From: Lachnospiraceae bacterium
GTDB taxonomy: Bacteria > Bacillota > Clostridia > Lachnospirales > Lachnospiraceae
DNA: 64,000 bases
Reading direction: 5' to 3'
Assembly: GCA_024681795.1 (NCBI GenBank)
Contig: JAILAD010000005.1
Location: 23,926-87,925 of the forward strand
A program made the translations under genes and the position numbers. Of the stretch, positions 1 through 8,196 are shown one piece after another (positions within the stretch are counted from its first letter, which is position 1; the number at the start of each line of letters is the position of its first letter). The notes under the pieces were generated by a model, which made no database searches, was not told the origin of the DNA, and saw only the letters and a program-made list of their open reading frames with translations.

Positions 1-282
1 CCGGAGGAAAAGAGGGAACTTGCGGAGGGAATAATTTCGAATTGTGCTTTTATGATTGTTGAGTTGGATAAGTTACGAAAGAGCATCCAGGAAAACGGAG
101 TCGTTATGGAATACAAGAACGGTAAGGAACAATATGGATACAAAGAGTCGGTTTCCTTCTCTGCGTATATCAAGATGCAAAAGGTCTATACCTCGAACAT
201 TAGTCTCCTTAATCGAATGTTACCTAAGGATATGGATTCCGAACCGAACGAGTTGGAAAGGTGGATTGCAGAATATGACTAA
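1..282 (+). CDS. Phage terminase small subunit-like protein (P27-type), 5'-truncated by the window
   Basis: Frame open from base 1 (PEEKRELAEGIISNCAFMIVELDKLRKSIQENGVVMEYKNGKEQYGYKES...YTSNISLL); the NGVV.EY.NG..Q.G.K pattern is recognised from Firmicutes phage TerS-like proteins. Confidence 0.6.
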   Translation, partial: PEEKRELAEGIISNCAFMIVELDKLRKSIQENGVVMEYKNGKEQYGYKESVSFSAYIKMQKVYTSNISLLNRMLPKDMDSEPNELERWIAEYD

Positions 283-301
283 TATTAAGAGGTAAGACGT
301 T

Positions 302-553
302 ATGAATAGAGATAAATATTGTGGTTCCGGTATTCATGTTGTTTATGAAACATTGTATAATGGAGAGGTGAGAAAAAAGGTCTATTCCGTTTGTAAAATC
401 TGCGGAAAAGATTTCGAGTCTAAGAACCGGAAAAAGACTATGCTTTGTCCTTCTTGCCGGAATGAATTACATAAATTACAAGACGGAGAAAATATACCGG
501 AAATAAATAACAGATTGTCCGGTAATCCCAAGGGGAATATCGAGACAAGATAA
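302..553 (+). CDS. Small zinc-ribbon protein
   Basis: CKIC...CPSC double CxxC motif; RBS-like AAGAGGT upstream. Confidence 0.5.
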   Translation: MNRDKYCGSGIHVVYETLYNGEVRKKVYSVCKICGKDFESKNRKKTMLCPSCRNELHKLQDGENIPEINNRLSGNPKGNIETR

Positions 554-697
554 CAGATGGTATACACGTCTGGGAAATTACCTCCTTTCTGCCATAACAG
601 ACGTTGTATATATACAATAAACCATGCTTCAACAGTGCAAGGTCTTATTGATTTCCATGCATGATGAGTCTTTCATTACGGAGTGATTTTGAAAGGG

Positions 698-733
698 AAA
701 AGGGTACTTGGTTAATTCCAGGTACTTTTTTCT
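698..733 (+). terminator. Intrinsic terminator-like hairpin
   Basis: aaaagggtacttgg-ttaatt-ccaggtactttttt. Confidence 0.55.
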
Positions 734-763
734 TTGCCTGGATGCGTTACAAAATGATAATGG

Positions 764-1084
764 ATGGTAATAGGAGAGCGGTTTTATCATGCCGAAATGA
801 CGCATAATTTGACGATTTTAGAAGGGTATAAGATGCAGAATGAATGTTTTATCGTTACGGAGAAATATGGTCTTAAAAAGGATATAATTACGTGCTTGTT
901 CCGGTGGTTTTTCTGCGGTTATTCCTACGGAATTAATCAGGTAACGGAGCTTAATCTATCATGGGTTTATCGTTTCATATTTGACCGATACAGAGCTTTT
1001 TCCGTAACGGATGATAATTATATTGTTTTCGATAATAGCGGTCCTAAATGGGCGAAATTGAACGCATCGCTACCTTATTTTTAA
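764..1084 (+). CDS. Hypothetical protein (start uncertain, possibly 830)
   Basis: ORF track only; no recognisable motif. Confidence 0.25.
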   Translation: MVIGERFYHAEMTHNLTILEGYKMQNECFIVTEKYGLKKDIITCLFRWFFCGYSYGINQVTELNLSWVYRFIFDRYRAFSVTDDNYIVFDNSGPKWAKLNASLPYF

Positions 1085-1363
1085 AGCTTTATATCCAGGT
1101 ATGGAACATAAGTATTATCGATGGATGATTCCGATAAAAATATAGGTAATTCCGGTCGGAAAATGGAAGGAATTGCAGGAGCATTATATCCGTAATGGAG
1201 AGGTATAATCGAGTACCATAAATGTCCCTCGAAAGTTACCCAAAATGAAAATGGTCGAAAACCGCATAAAATCTACGTTTTGTAATGGATTAGTTACCCA
1301 AGAGTTACCCAAACAATAAAAATGGTCTGTTTTTTGATGGAAAGATTAATAGAATAAATCGAG

Positions 1364-1416
1364 AATAGGAAAAGCGGAAAGCCTTATATTTACTGACTTT
1401 CCGCCTTGTGCCTATT
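1364..1416 (-). terminator. Hairpin downstream of tRNA-Ala (terminator or att-flank structure)
   Basis: aataggaaaagcggaaagcc...gactttccgccttgtgcctatt inverted repeat, T-run on minus strand. Confidence 0.55.
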
Positions 1417-1428
1417 GGAAAAAAATAG

Positions 1429-1501
1429 TGGAACCGGTGGGAATCGAACCCATGACCTTCGCGTTGCGAACGCGACGCTCTCCCAACTGAGCTACGATCC
1501 C
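1429..1501 (-). tRNA. tRNA-Ala(CGC)
   Basis: GGGATCG acceptor stem with G3-U70 Ala identity pair, D-arm, anticodon stem TCGCG/CGCGA with loop TTCGCAA, T-loop TTCGATT, discriminator A; CCA not encoded. Confidence 0.96.
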
Positions 1502-1565
1502 GAAAAGTATCAACGGAGTTAATCATAGAATAATTCCGGAGATTCGTCAATAGTAAGAAAAAAGG

Positions 1566-1594
1566 TTTACAATTGGGGAAGTTTGTGTTATTCT
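1566..1594 (+). promoter_or_regulatory. SigA-type promoter of rpsO
   Basis: TTTACA-17 bp-TATTCT with extended -10 TG. Confidence 0.6.
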
Positions 1595-1599
1595 ATATC

Positions 1600-1680
1600 G
1601 GTACGCGACTTTTACGCAGTGAATCGGACACTCCGACCGTTGCTTCGTAAGAGCCGGAAATAAAAAGAATTCAGGAGGAT
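1600..1680 (+). ncRNA. Putative S15 (rpsO) autoregulatory leader
   Basis: Nested stems cttttacg/cgtaagag and tcgga-cac-tccga in the rpsO 5' UTR; S15 leaders are known in Firmicutes. Confidence 0.5.
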
Positions 1681-1686
1681 TAAGAA

Positions 1687-1953
1687 ATGATTTCAAAAGA
1701 AGCAAAACAGGCAATTATCAATGAGTATGCGCGTTCCGCAGGTGATACCGGTTCACCGGAGGTACAGATTGCAATTCTTACCGCAAGAATCAAAGAGATC
1801 ACCGAGCATATGAAGGAGAATCCCAAGGATTTCCATTCCAACCGCGGACTTCTTAAGTTAGTAGGTCAGAGACGTGGTCTTTTGGATTATCTTAAGAAGA
1901 AAGATATCAACAGATATCGTGCTTTAATTGAAAAGCTTGGCTTAAGAAAGTAA
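1687..1953 (+). CDS. rpsO: 30S ribosomal protein S15
   Basis: [13 protein letters not shown]...[23 protein letters not shown]. Confidence 0.99.
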   Translation: MISKEAKQAIINEYARSAGDTGSPEVQIAILTARIKEITEHMKENPKDFHSNRGLLKLVGQRRGLLDYLKKKDINRYRALIEKLGLRK

Positions 1954-1971
1954 TCGTTAAAAACAACTAAA

Positions 1972-2002
1972 AAAGGCGGACAGAAGTTGTCCGCCTTTCT
2001 TT
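1972..2002 (+). terminator. rpsO terminator
   Basis: aaaggcggaca-gaagt-tgtccgccttt followed by T-rich tract. Confidence 0.8.
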
Positions 2003-2035
2003 ACTGTTTGGATTTAAGTGTTTTTCAGGTAACTG

Positions 2036-2201
2036 AGCGGTCTGAACGTTGCCGTTACGGGTTTGTTCCGGCGATGTTGTTTCCGAGACCACTGTAGAAT
2101 TTACAATGATACTGGCTGACCGGGAAAACCGGATGATGAAGCGGATTGTGTATTCTGCAGTAGTTTCGGCAAAGACCGCTTGAAAATAAAAATATTTCAA
2201 G
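2036..2201 (+). ncRNA. Structured pnp 5' leader (three-way junction)
   Basis: Stems 2036-2043/2173-2180, 2045-2054/2069-2078, 2080-2107/2145-2172 and a hairpin at 2179-2201 abutting the RBS. Confidence 0.55.
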
Positions 2202-2216
2202 TAAAGGAGGAATGTT

Positions 2217-4322
2217 ATGAGCAAAGAATTCAAAACATTCAGTTTAGAACTTGCCGGACGTACTTTATCCGTTGACATCGGAAGAGTAGCAGCACAGGCA
2301 AACGGTGCAGCGTTCATGCACTACGGCGATACGACGGTTTTATCCACCGCTACCGCATCCGAGAAACCCAGGGACGGAATCGATTTCTTCCCCTTGAGCG
2401 TTGAGTACGAAGAAAAATTATATTCCGTAGGAAAAATCCCCGGCGGATTCAACAAAAGAGAAGGAAAGGCATCCGAGAATGCCATTCTTACGAGCCGTGT
2501 AATCGACCGCCCGATGCGTCCGCTTTTCCCGAAGGATTATCGTAATGATGTAACGTTAAACAACCTCGTTATGAGCGTGGATCCCGAGTGCCGTCCCGAG
2601 CTTGTTGCAATGCTCGGTTCCGCAATCGCAACATCCATTTCCGATATTCCGTTCTGCGGACCCTGCGCTACCACACAGGTCGGACTGATTAACGGAGAAT
2701 TCGTAATCAACCCGAATCAGGAGCAGTGGAAGAGCGGCGATATGCAGCTTACCGTTGCATCCACTTCCGAGAAGGTTATCATGATTGAAGCGGGTGCAAA
2801 GGAAGTACCCGAAGCAAAAATGATTGAGGCAATTTACAAGGCACACGAGATTAACCAGACCATTATTGCATGGATTAATCAGATTGTTGCGGAAGTAGGA
2901 AAGCCCAAACATGAATATGAATCCTGTGCAATTCCCCAGGAGTTATTCGATGCAATGAAAGCAATCGTAACTCCCGAAGAGATGGAAGTTGCCGTATTCA
3001 CCGATGAGAAGCAGGTTCGTGAGGAGAACATCCGTCAGATTACCGCAAAGCTTGAGGAAGCATTTGCAGATAACGAGGAATGGCTTGCAATTCTCGGCGA
3101 AGCAATTTACCAGTATGAGAAGAAAACCGTACGTAAGATGATTTTAAAGGATCACAAGCGTCCGGACGGCAGAGAGATTACCCAGATCAGACCTCTTGCA
3201 GCAGAGGTTGACATCATCCCCAGAGTACATGGTTCTTCCATGTTCACCAGAGGACAGACACAGATCTGCGACGTATGTACGCTTGCACCTTTATCCGAAA
3301 TGCAGAAAATCGACGGCCTTGACGATAACGAGAAGGCAAAGAGATATATGCATCATTACAACTTCCCCGCATACTCCGTAGGGGAAACCAAAGTAAGCCG
3401 AGGACCGGGACGTCGTGAAATCGGACACGGAGCACTGGCAGAGAGAGCACTTCTTCCGGTACTTCCTTCCGAAGAAGAATTCCCTTACGCAATCCGTTGC
3501 GTATCCGAAACCTTTGAATCAAACGGATCCACTTCCATGGCATCCACCTGTGCATCCTGCATGTCCTTAATGGCTGCCGGTGTACCGATTAAGAGAATGG
3601 TTGCAGGTATTTCCTGCGGTCTTGTTACCGGAGAAACCGATGATGATTTCATTCTGCTTACCGATATCCAGGGTCTCGAAGATTTCTTCGGCGATATGGA
3701 CTTTAAGGTAACCGGTACTACCGAAGGTATTACCGCAATTCAGATGGATATTAAGATTCACGGACTTACCCGTCCCATCGTGGAAGGTGCAATTGCAAGA
3801 TGCCGTGAAGCAAGACTTTATATCATGGATAACTGCATGAAGCCCGCGATTGCAGAACCCAGAAAAGAAGTCGGACCTTATGCTCCGAAGATTATTCAGA
3901 TTCAGATTGATCCCGAGAAAATCGGTGAAGTTGTCGGACAGCGCGGAAAGGTTATCAACGAGATTATTTCCAGATGCGATGTTAAGATTGACATTACCGA
4001 TGACGGTGCGGTTTCCGTATGCGGTACGGAGAAAGCAAATATGGATAAGGCAATCGAGATGATTAAGACGATTGTTACCGAGTTTGAAGAAGGACAGATT
4101 TTCAAGGGCAAGGTAGTATCCATTAAGGAATTCGGTGCTTTCGTGGAATTTGCACCCGGCAAGGAAGGAATGGTTCACATTTCCAAGATTGCCAAAGAGC
4201 GTATCGAGCATGTGGAAGATGTTCTGACTCTGGGAGATGAAGTTACCGTAATCTGCCTGGGCAAGGATAAGATGGGAAGAATGAGCTTCTCCATCAAGGA
4301 TGTTCCCGCGAACAAAAGATAA
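2217..4322 (+). CDS. pnp: Polyribonucleotide nucleotidyltransferase (PNPase)
   Basis: FFPLSVEYEEK, RREIGHG, ESNGSTSMA motifs; KH and S1 domains. Confidence 0.99.
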   Translation: MSKEFKTFSLELAGRTLSVDIGRVAAQANGAAFMHYGDTTVLSTATASEKPRDGIDFFPLSVEYEEKLYSVGKIPGGFNKREGKASENAILTSRVIDRPMRPLFPKDYRNDVTLNNLVMSVDPECRPELVAMLGSAIATSISDIPFCGPCATTQVGLINGEFVINPNQEQWKSGDMQLTVASTSEKVIMIEAGAKEVPEAKMIEAIYKAHEINQTIIAWINQIVAEVGKPKHEYESCAIPQELFDAMKAIVTPEEMEVAVFTDEKQVREENIRQITAKLEEAFADNEEWLAILGEAIYQYEKKTVRKMILKDHKRPDGREITQIRPLAAEVDIIPRVHGSSMFTRGQTQICDVCTLAPLSEMQKIDGLDDNEKAKRYMHHYNFPAYSVGETKVSRGPGRREIGHGALAERALLPVLPSEEEFPYAIRCVSETFESNGSTSMASTCASCMSLMAAGVPIKRMVAGISCGLVTGETDDDFILLTDIQGLEDFFGDMDFKVTGTTEGITAIQMDIKIHGLTRPIVEGAIARCREARLYIMDNCMKPAIAEPRKEVGPYAPKIIQIQIDPEKIGEVVGQRGKVINEIISRCDVKIDITDDGAVSVCGTEKANMDKAIEMIKTIVTEFEEGQIFKGKVVSIKEFGAFVEFAPGKEGMVHISKIAKERIEHVEDVLTLGDEVTVICLGKDKMGRMSFSIKDVPANKR

Positions 4323-4346
4323 TACGAAAAAAATAGTATGAATTCA

Positions 4347-4385
4347 CAAAATGCAGTTTCCGGATTCGGAAGCTGCATTTTTTGT
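4347..4385. terminator. Bidirectional terminator between pnp and the AraC gene
   Basis: aaaatgcagtttccg-gatt-cggaagctgcatttt. Confidence 0.8.
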
Positions 4386-4389
4386 TTTC

Positions 4390-5220
4390 TCATTTATTCC
4401 GTTTTCGAAATGCGCTCGGTGTCATGCCTTCCCTTTTTGAAAAGGAGGAGGAAAAATAATCCCCGTTGGAAAAACCGGTTTCAAATGCAATTTCGGATAC
4501 GGTTTTATCTGTCTGAATCAGTAATTCCTTTGCGTGGCGGATTCGGATGTTAATCAGGTAATCCGTGAAAGAAAGACCGGTTTGTGAAGAAAACAGTCTG
4601 GAAAAATATCCTTCCGAAAAACCTGCTTCGGAAGCCGCTTCCGCAATATGCAATTCTTCGGCATAATGCTGTTCCATATAAAACATTGCATCCATGATCT
4701 CACGGGATAGTTCCTCTTTAAAAAAATGTTTGGAGGATTCGATATTATTTTCATAAAGATATACAACGAGATGGAACAAAAGCCCGGTTAAAAGGGTTTC
4801 CGAATAGTGTTCTTTTTTTTCGAAAATCACGTACATATCCTGCATAATATGCTCGATATGCAGTTGCTTTTCCGTTGTAAAACAGAGGAGCTTCTGCTCA
4901 AAAACCTGCTGCCACAAAGAGGCATCGATTTCTTTCGCAAAGCGCTTTTCAAGCTTATCCGACACCTTAATCAGATAGTTTGTATAAGGGGTTTCACTGG
5001 TGGAAAACGTGCGGTGATATACCAGCGGAGGCATGGTGGTCACATCGCCGGCATGTGCATCAAACTGTCCGAACGGAGTTATGATGCGGCGGTCACCGGT
5101 CAGAATCAGGCCGATCGAATAGTGTCCTTCGGCCAGTTCCATCTGAGGCATGGCAAAATCCGAGGGCAGACTTCGTCTTTGCACCGTAATCAGTTTCTTT
5201 TCCGGGATACGAATGGGCAT
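4390..5220 (-). CDS. AraC-family transcriptional regulator
   Basis: N-terminal cupin-like domain; C-terminal double HTH (YFSRLFS...SEIAFETGFSNGDYFSSSF). Confidence 0.93.
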   Translation of the reverse strand: MPIRIPEKKLITVQRRSLPSDFAMPQMELAEGHYSIGLILTGDRRIITPFGQFDAHAGDVTTMPPLVYHRTFSTSETPYTNYLIKVSDKLEKRFAKEIDASLWQQVFEQKLLCFTTEKQLHIEHIMQDMYVIFEKKEHYSETLLTGLLFHLVVYLYENNIESSKHFFKEELSREIMDAMFYMEQHYAEELHIAEAASEAGFSEGYFSRLFSSQTGLSFTDYLINIRIRHAKELLIQTDKTVSEIAFETGFSNGDYFSSSFSKREGMTPSAFRKRNK

Positions 5221-5381
5221 GTTTTAAACTCCTTTGTTCGTTTTTTACAGTTTTTCGTTTTTTCAAATGTCATAATTTTAAAGATTGTAACATGTTTACA
5301 GCATAATAGTAAAGGAAAACCTGTTTTTAATGATATAGAATAAAATCAGCAAAGAAAAAGAAACCTAAAAAGGAGAAGGTC

Positions 5382-5726
5382 ATGCTTACAAAAAAAGATC
5401 AGGTTTGGGGATACGGAGCGGAAACGGATAAAGTACCGGGCGGAGAAGGCATACTCAGACAGGTAAAAAGTTATACGGATGAGGTAATGGTGGTGGAAAA
5501 TCACTTTGAGAAAGGCGCCGTGGGAGCGTTACATTCCCATCCGCACACACAGATTACGTATGTAGTTTCCGGTGTTTTTGAATTCACAATCGGAGACGAA
5601 ACCAAAGTTGTGAAGGCAGGGGATTCGATGTTAAAAAAGGACGGAATCGTGCATGGATGTACCTGTCTGGAGGAAGGAATTTTACTTGATATCTTTTCGC
5701 CGATGAGAAGAGATTTCATTGAATAA
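5382..5726 (+). CDS. kdgF: Cupin protein, KdgF-like (unsaturated uronate processing)
   Basis: FEKGAVGALHSHPHTQITYVVSG...HGCTCLEEGILLDIFSP.R.DF is typical of KdgF. Confidence 0.75.
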   Translation: MLTKKDQVWGYGAETDKVPGGEGILRQVKSYTDEVMVVENHFEKGAVGALHSHPHTQITYVVSGVFEFTIGDETKVVKAGDSMLKKDGIVHGCTCLEEGILLDIFSPMRRDFIE

Positions 5727-5736
5727 AGGAGACGGT

Positions 5737-8196
5737 ATGGAAATCTATCTGGATAAATTATATCGTGACGACAGAAAGGCAGAGCCTCTTTTTATCGGAA
5801 TTCCGCTGCCGGAAGGGAAACTTTACGATGAGAAAAAGGCTTGCATTTCCCTGAACGGAAAAAAACTTCCCCTGCAGAGCAGGGTAACTTCACGTTATCC
5901 GAACGGATCCGTACGTTTTTTGTTTCTTCGGTTTCTTTCCGATCTTCCGGGAAACAGCAAACTTGCCTTTCAGTTGGATTTTGAAGAAACACCCGGTGAA
6001 ACCGTACCCTTTTATCCTGTTTTTGCTGAAAAAAACGGGGAACGGATTTCGGTAAAAACACTTTCGGATGAAAACGGCGAAACATTCTCCTTTACGGTAA
6101 AAGACGGTTTGTGTGATATTTTTGATGAAATTACCGTACCGGGAAGAGTTTACAAAAAAGAACAGTTTACGGGACCTTTTCTCCTTGACGGAGAGAATCA
6201 TGAGTACCGCAATTCCTTCGGGGAGTGGAAGATTATTGAAAACGGTCCCGTATGTGCAATTTTAAAGGTTGAAGGAATACATGAAAAAATTTCCGCTGAA
6301 AAGGACGGAAATCAGGAAGAGGAATCCAAACCGGTCAGATTTGAAATAAAACTGACCTCATATGCGGGAAAACCGTGGATTGAGGTATCCTACAGAATAA
6401 TCAATTCAACGGATTGCATTCTGCCGGTCAAATCCCTTCGTTTTTATCTTGCAAGAGTTGCGGAGGGTGAAAACGAAAAGAAGAATAATACAAACGAAGA
6501 GAAACAGAAAGAAATTGTGGATGCAGCCAAATCCTGCATTGAAAAACCGGATTCCACAGGCTGCGGGGAAGTAATCACAGCAGCCGAATTCGGAGAAGGA
6601 CCGGTTTATCATGCAAGAAGTTCCGTGGAAGCAGATCGTGTGACGGAACTGGCTGCACCGGAGAGAATCCGTACCCTTGCGGCATCGTCCAATTATAAAA
6701 CCGATTATTTCATCGGAAGAGACGGGGCATCGGTGGTAAAATCGGTGGATGCCGCAAAACTGATGAAAGAGGCAAACGAGCATTTTGCGGAAGTTTTCTA
6801 CGGTACCTTCTTTGCCGACGTAACGGATGAAGCAGGAGGTGTTGCGGCTACGATTTTTCAGGCGCAGCAGAATTTCCCGAAGGCAGTTGAGGCAAACGGA
6901 GACGGCATCAGTATCCTGATTGTTCCGGAAGGGGAAGAGAATGTGGCATTTCAAAGCGGAATGTCCAGGGAACAGAAATTCCTCCTTCATTTTCACGATG
7001 CAAAAATGCCGGTCAGCGAAATCAATAACAGAAGCATTATCTACCAGATGCCGGACAGACCGTATGTATCCGGCCGGGTTCACAGGGAGTCGGGAGTATG
7101 GTCTGAAATATTTGCGGATTGTAAGGATGCGGAAGTGGAGCAGAATCTCATCGGTCGTGCCGATGCACACTGCAGGGCTTACGGAATGCTGAATTTCGGG
7201 GATTCCTATGATGCCAATTATACGGCACAGGGAAGAGGCGAAGGAAAACTGGTATGGTGTAACAATGAGTACGATTATCCGCATTCCTGTGCATTAATAT
7301 ATGCGCGTACCGGAATCAGAAGATTTATGGATTATATGATTGCATCCTGCTCACACTGGATGGACGTGGATGTTTGTCATTATCACAAAGATCCGCTTTA
7401 TGTGGGCGGACAGTGGGAACATACGGCCGGACACACCGTAAACGGAGTGATGGTTTGTTCCCATGAATGGGTGGAAGGACTTCTGGATTACTATCATTTT
7501 ACGGGAGATGAAAGAGGACTTGAGACGGCAATCGGAATCGGTGAAAACGTATTAAGACTTCTGGAACTGCCGCTGTATCAGAAAGCAGGAGAAGCCAATG
7601 CCAGGGAAACCGGATGGGCTCTCCGGACACTGACCGCACTGTATGTGGAAACGAATGACGAAAAGTGGCTCGGAAAGTGCAGCAAAATCCTGAATGATTT
7701 TAAAGTCTGGGAGGATACTTACGGACACTGGCTTGCACCTTATACGGACAATACGGCAATCCGTGTGGGATTTATGATTTCCATCGCGGTAGGATCACTG
7801 ATGCGTTATTACAGGGTTTTCCCGGATCCGGAACTTCGCGCCATGATTCTGCGTGCGGTTGATGATATGGTGGAAAACTGCTATGTGGAAGATTGGGGGA
7901 TCTTTTATTACAAAGAGCTTCCGAGTCTGAACAGGCTCGGAAACAATACACTTTTACTGGAGGCTCTGACGGTTGCCTATGACCTTACGAAAGACCCGAA
8001 ATACCTTGAGTACGGGATGGGTACTTTCAAAAAAGCAATCGGTGAGATTCCGTCTTATGAAAGCAAAAAGCAGAAGATTGAGAATACGGTAATTGTGGGA
8101 AGTGCAAGCAGCAAGAATTTTGCACAGAGTTTTATTCCTCTTGCGGGATTTTACAGGGCTTATACGGAAAGCAGGAAAGAAAATGAAAAAAATTGA
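5737..8196 (+). CDS. Putative cytoplasmic carbohydrate-active enzyme, PcRGLX/YetA (PL26)-like alpha/alpha-toroid protein
   Basis: N-terminal GIPLPEG...W/Y.NGS.R motif, central beta-rich region, C-terminal GMLNFGD...WCNNEYD...HWMDVD...HEWVEGLLDYYHFTGD; no signal peptide; start moved to the ATG after the AAAGGAG RBS. Confidence 0.6.
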   Translation: MEIYLDKLYRDDRKAEPLFIGIPLPEGKLYDEKKACISLNGKKLPLQSRVTSRYPNGSVRFLFLRFLSDLPGNSKLAFQLDFEETPGETVPFYPVFAEKNGERISVKTLSDENGETFSFTVKDGLCDIFDEITVPGRVYKKEQFTGPFLLDGENHEYRNSFGEWKIIENGPVCAILKVEGIHEKISAEKDGNQEEESKPVRFEIKLTSYAGKPWIEVSYRIINSTDCILPVKSLRFYLARVAEGENEKKNNTNEEKQKEIVDAAKSCIEKPDSTGCGEVITAAEFGEGPVYHARSSVEADRVTELAAPERIRTLAASSNYKTDYFIGRDGASVVKSVDAAKLMKEANEHFAEVFYGTFFADVTDEAGGVAATIFQAQQNFPKAVEANGDGISILIVPEGEENVAFQSGMSREQKFLLHFHDAKMPVSEINNRSIIYQMPDRPYVSGRVHRESGVWSEIFADCKDAEVEQNLIGRADAHCRAYGMLNFGDSYDANYTAQGRGEGKLVWCNNEYDYPHSCALIYARTGIRRFMDYMIASCSHWMDVDVCHYHKDPLYVGGQWEHTAGHTVNGVMVCSHEWVEGLLDYYHFTGDERGLETAIGIGENVLRLLELPLYQKAGEANARETGWALRTLTALYVETNDEKWLGKCSKILNDFKVWEDTYGHWLAPYTDNTAIRVGFMISIAVGSLMRYYRVFPDPELRAMILRAVDDMVENCYVEDWGIFYYKELPSLNRLGNNTLLLEALTVAYDLTKDPKYLEYGMGTFKKAIGEIPSYESKKQKIENTVIVGSASSKNFAQSFIPLAGFYRAYTESRKENEKN

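Larger units (their letters stand above)
1..1428. mobile_element. End of an integrated phage or phage-satellite-like element inserted at the tRNA-Ala 3' end; continues off the left edge
   Basis: Visibly AT-richer than the flanking host genes; terminase small subunit-like ORF; three AGTTACCCAA direct repeats (1234-1243, 1292-1301, 1303-1312) next to the tRNA 3' end. Confidence 0.7.

Noticed and set aside
1305-1550. 81-aa minus-strand ORF
   Set aside because: Runs through the tRNA-Ala gene on the same strand; translation is an artefact of the tRNA sequence
3567-4211. 214-aa antisense ORF in pnp, and many similar ones (6406-7284, 13051-13686, 16113-16808, 26193-26882, 27855-28562)
   Set aside because: Shadow ORFs opposite well-supported genes; no motifs or RBS
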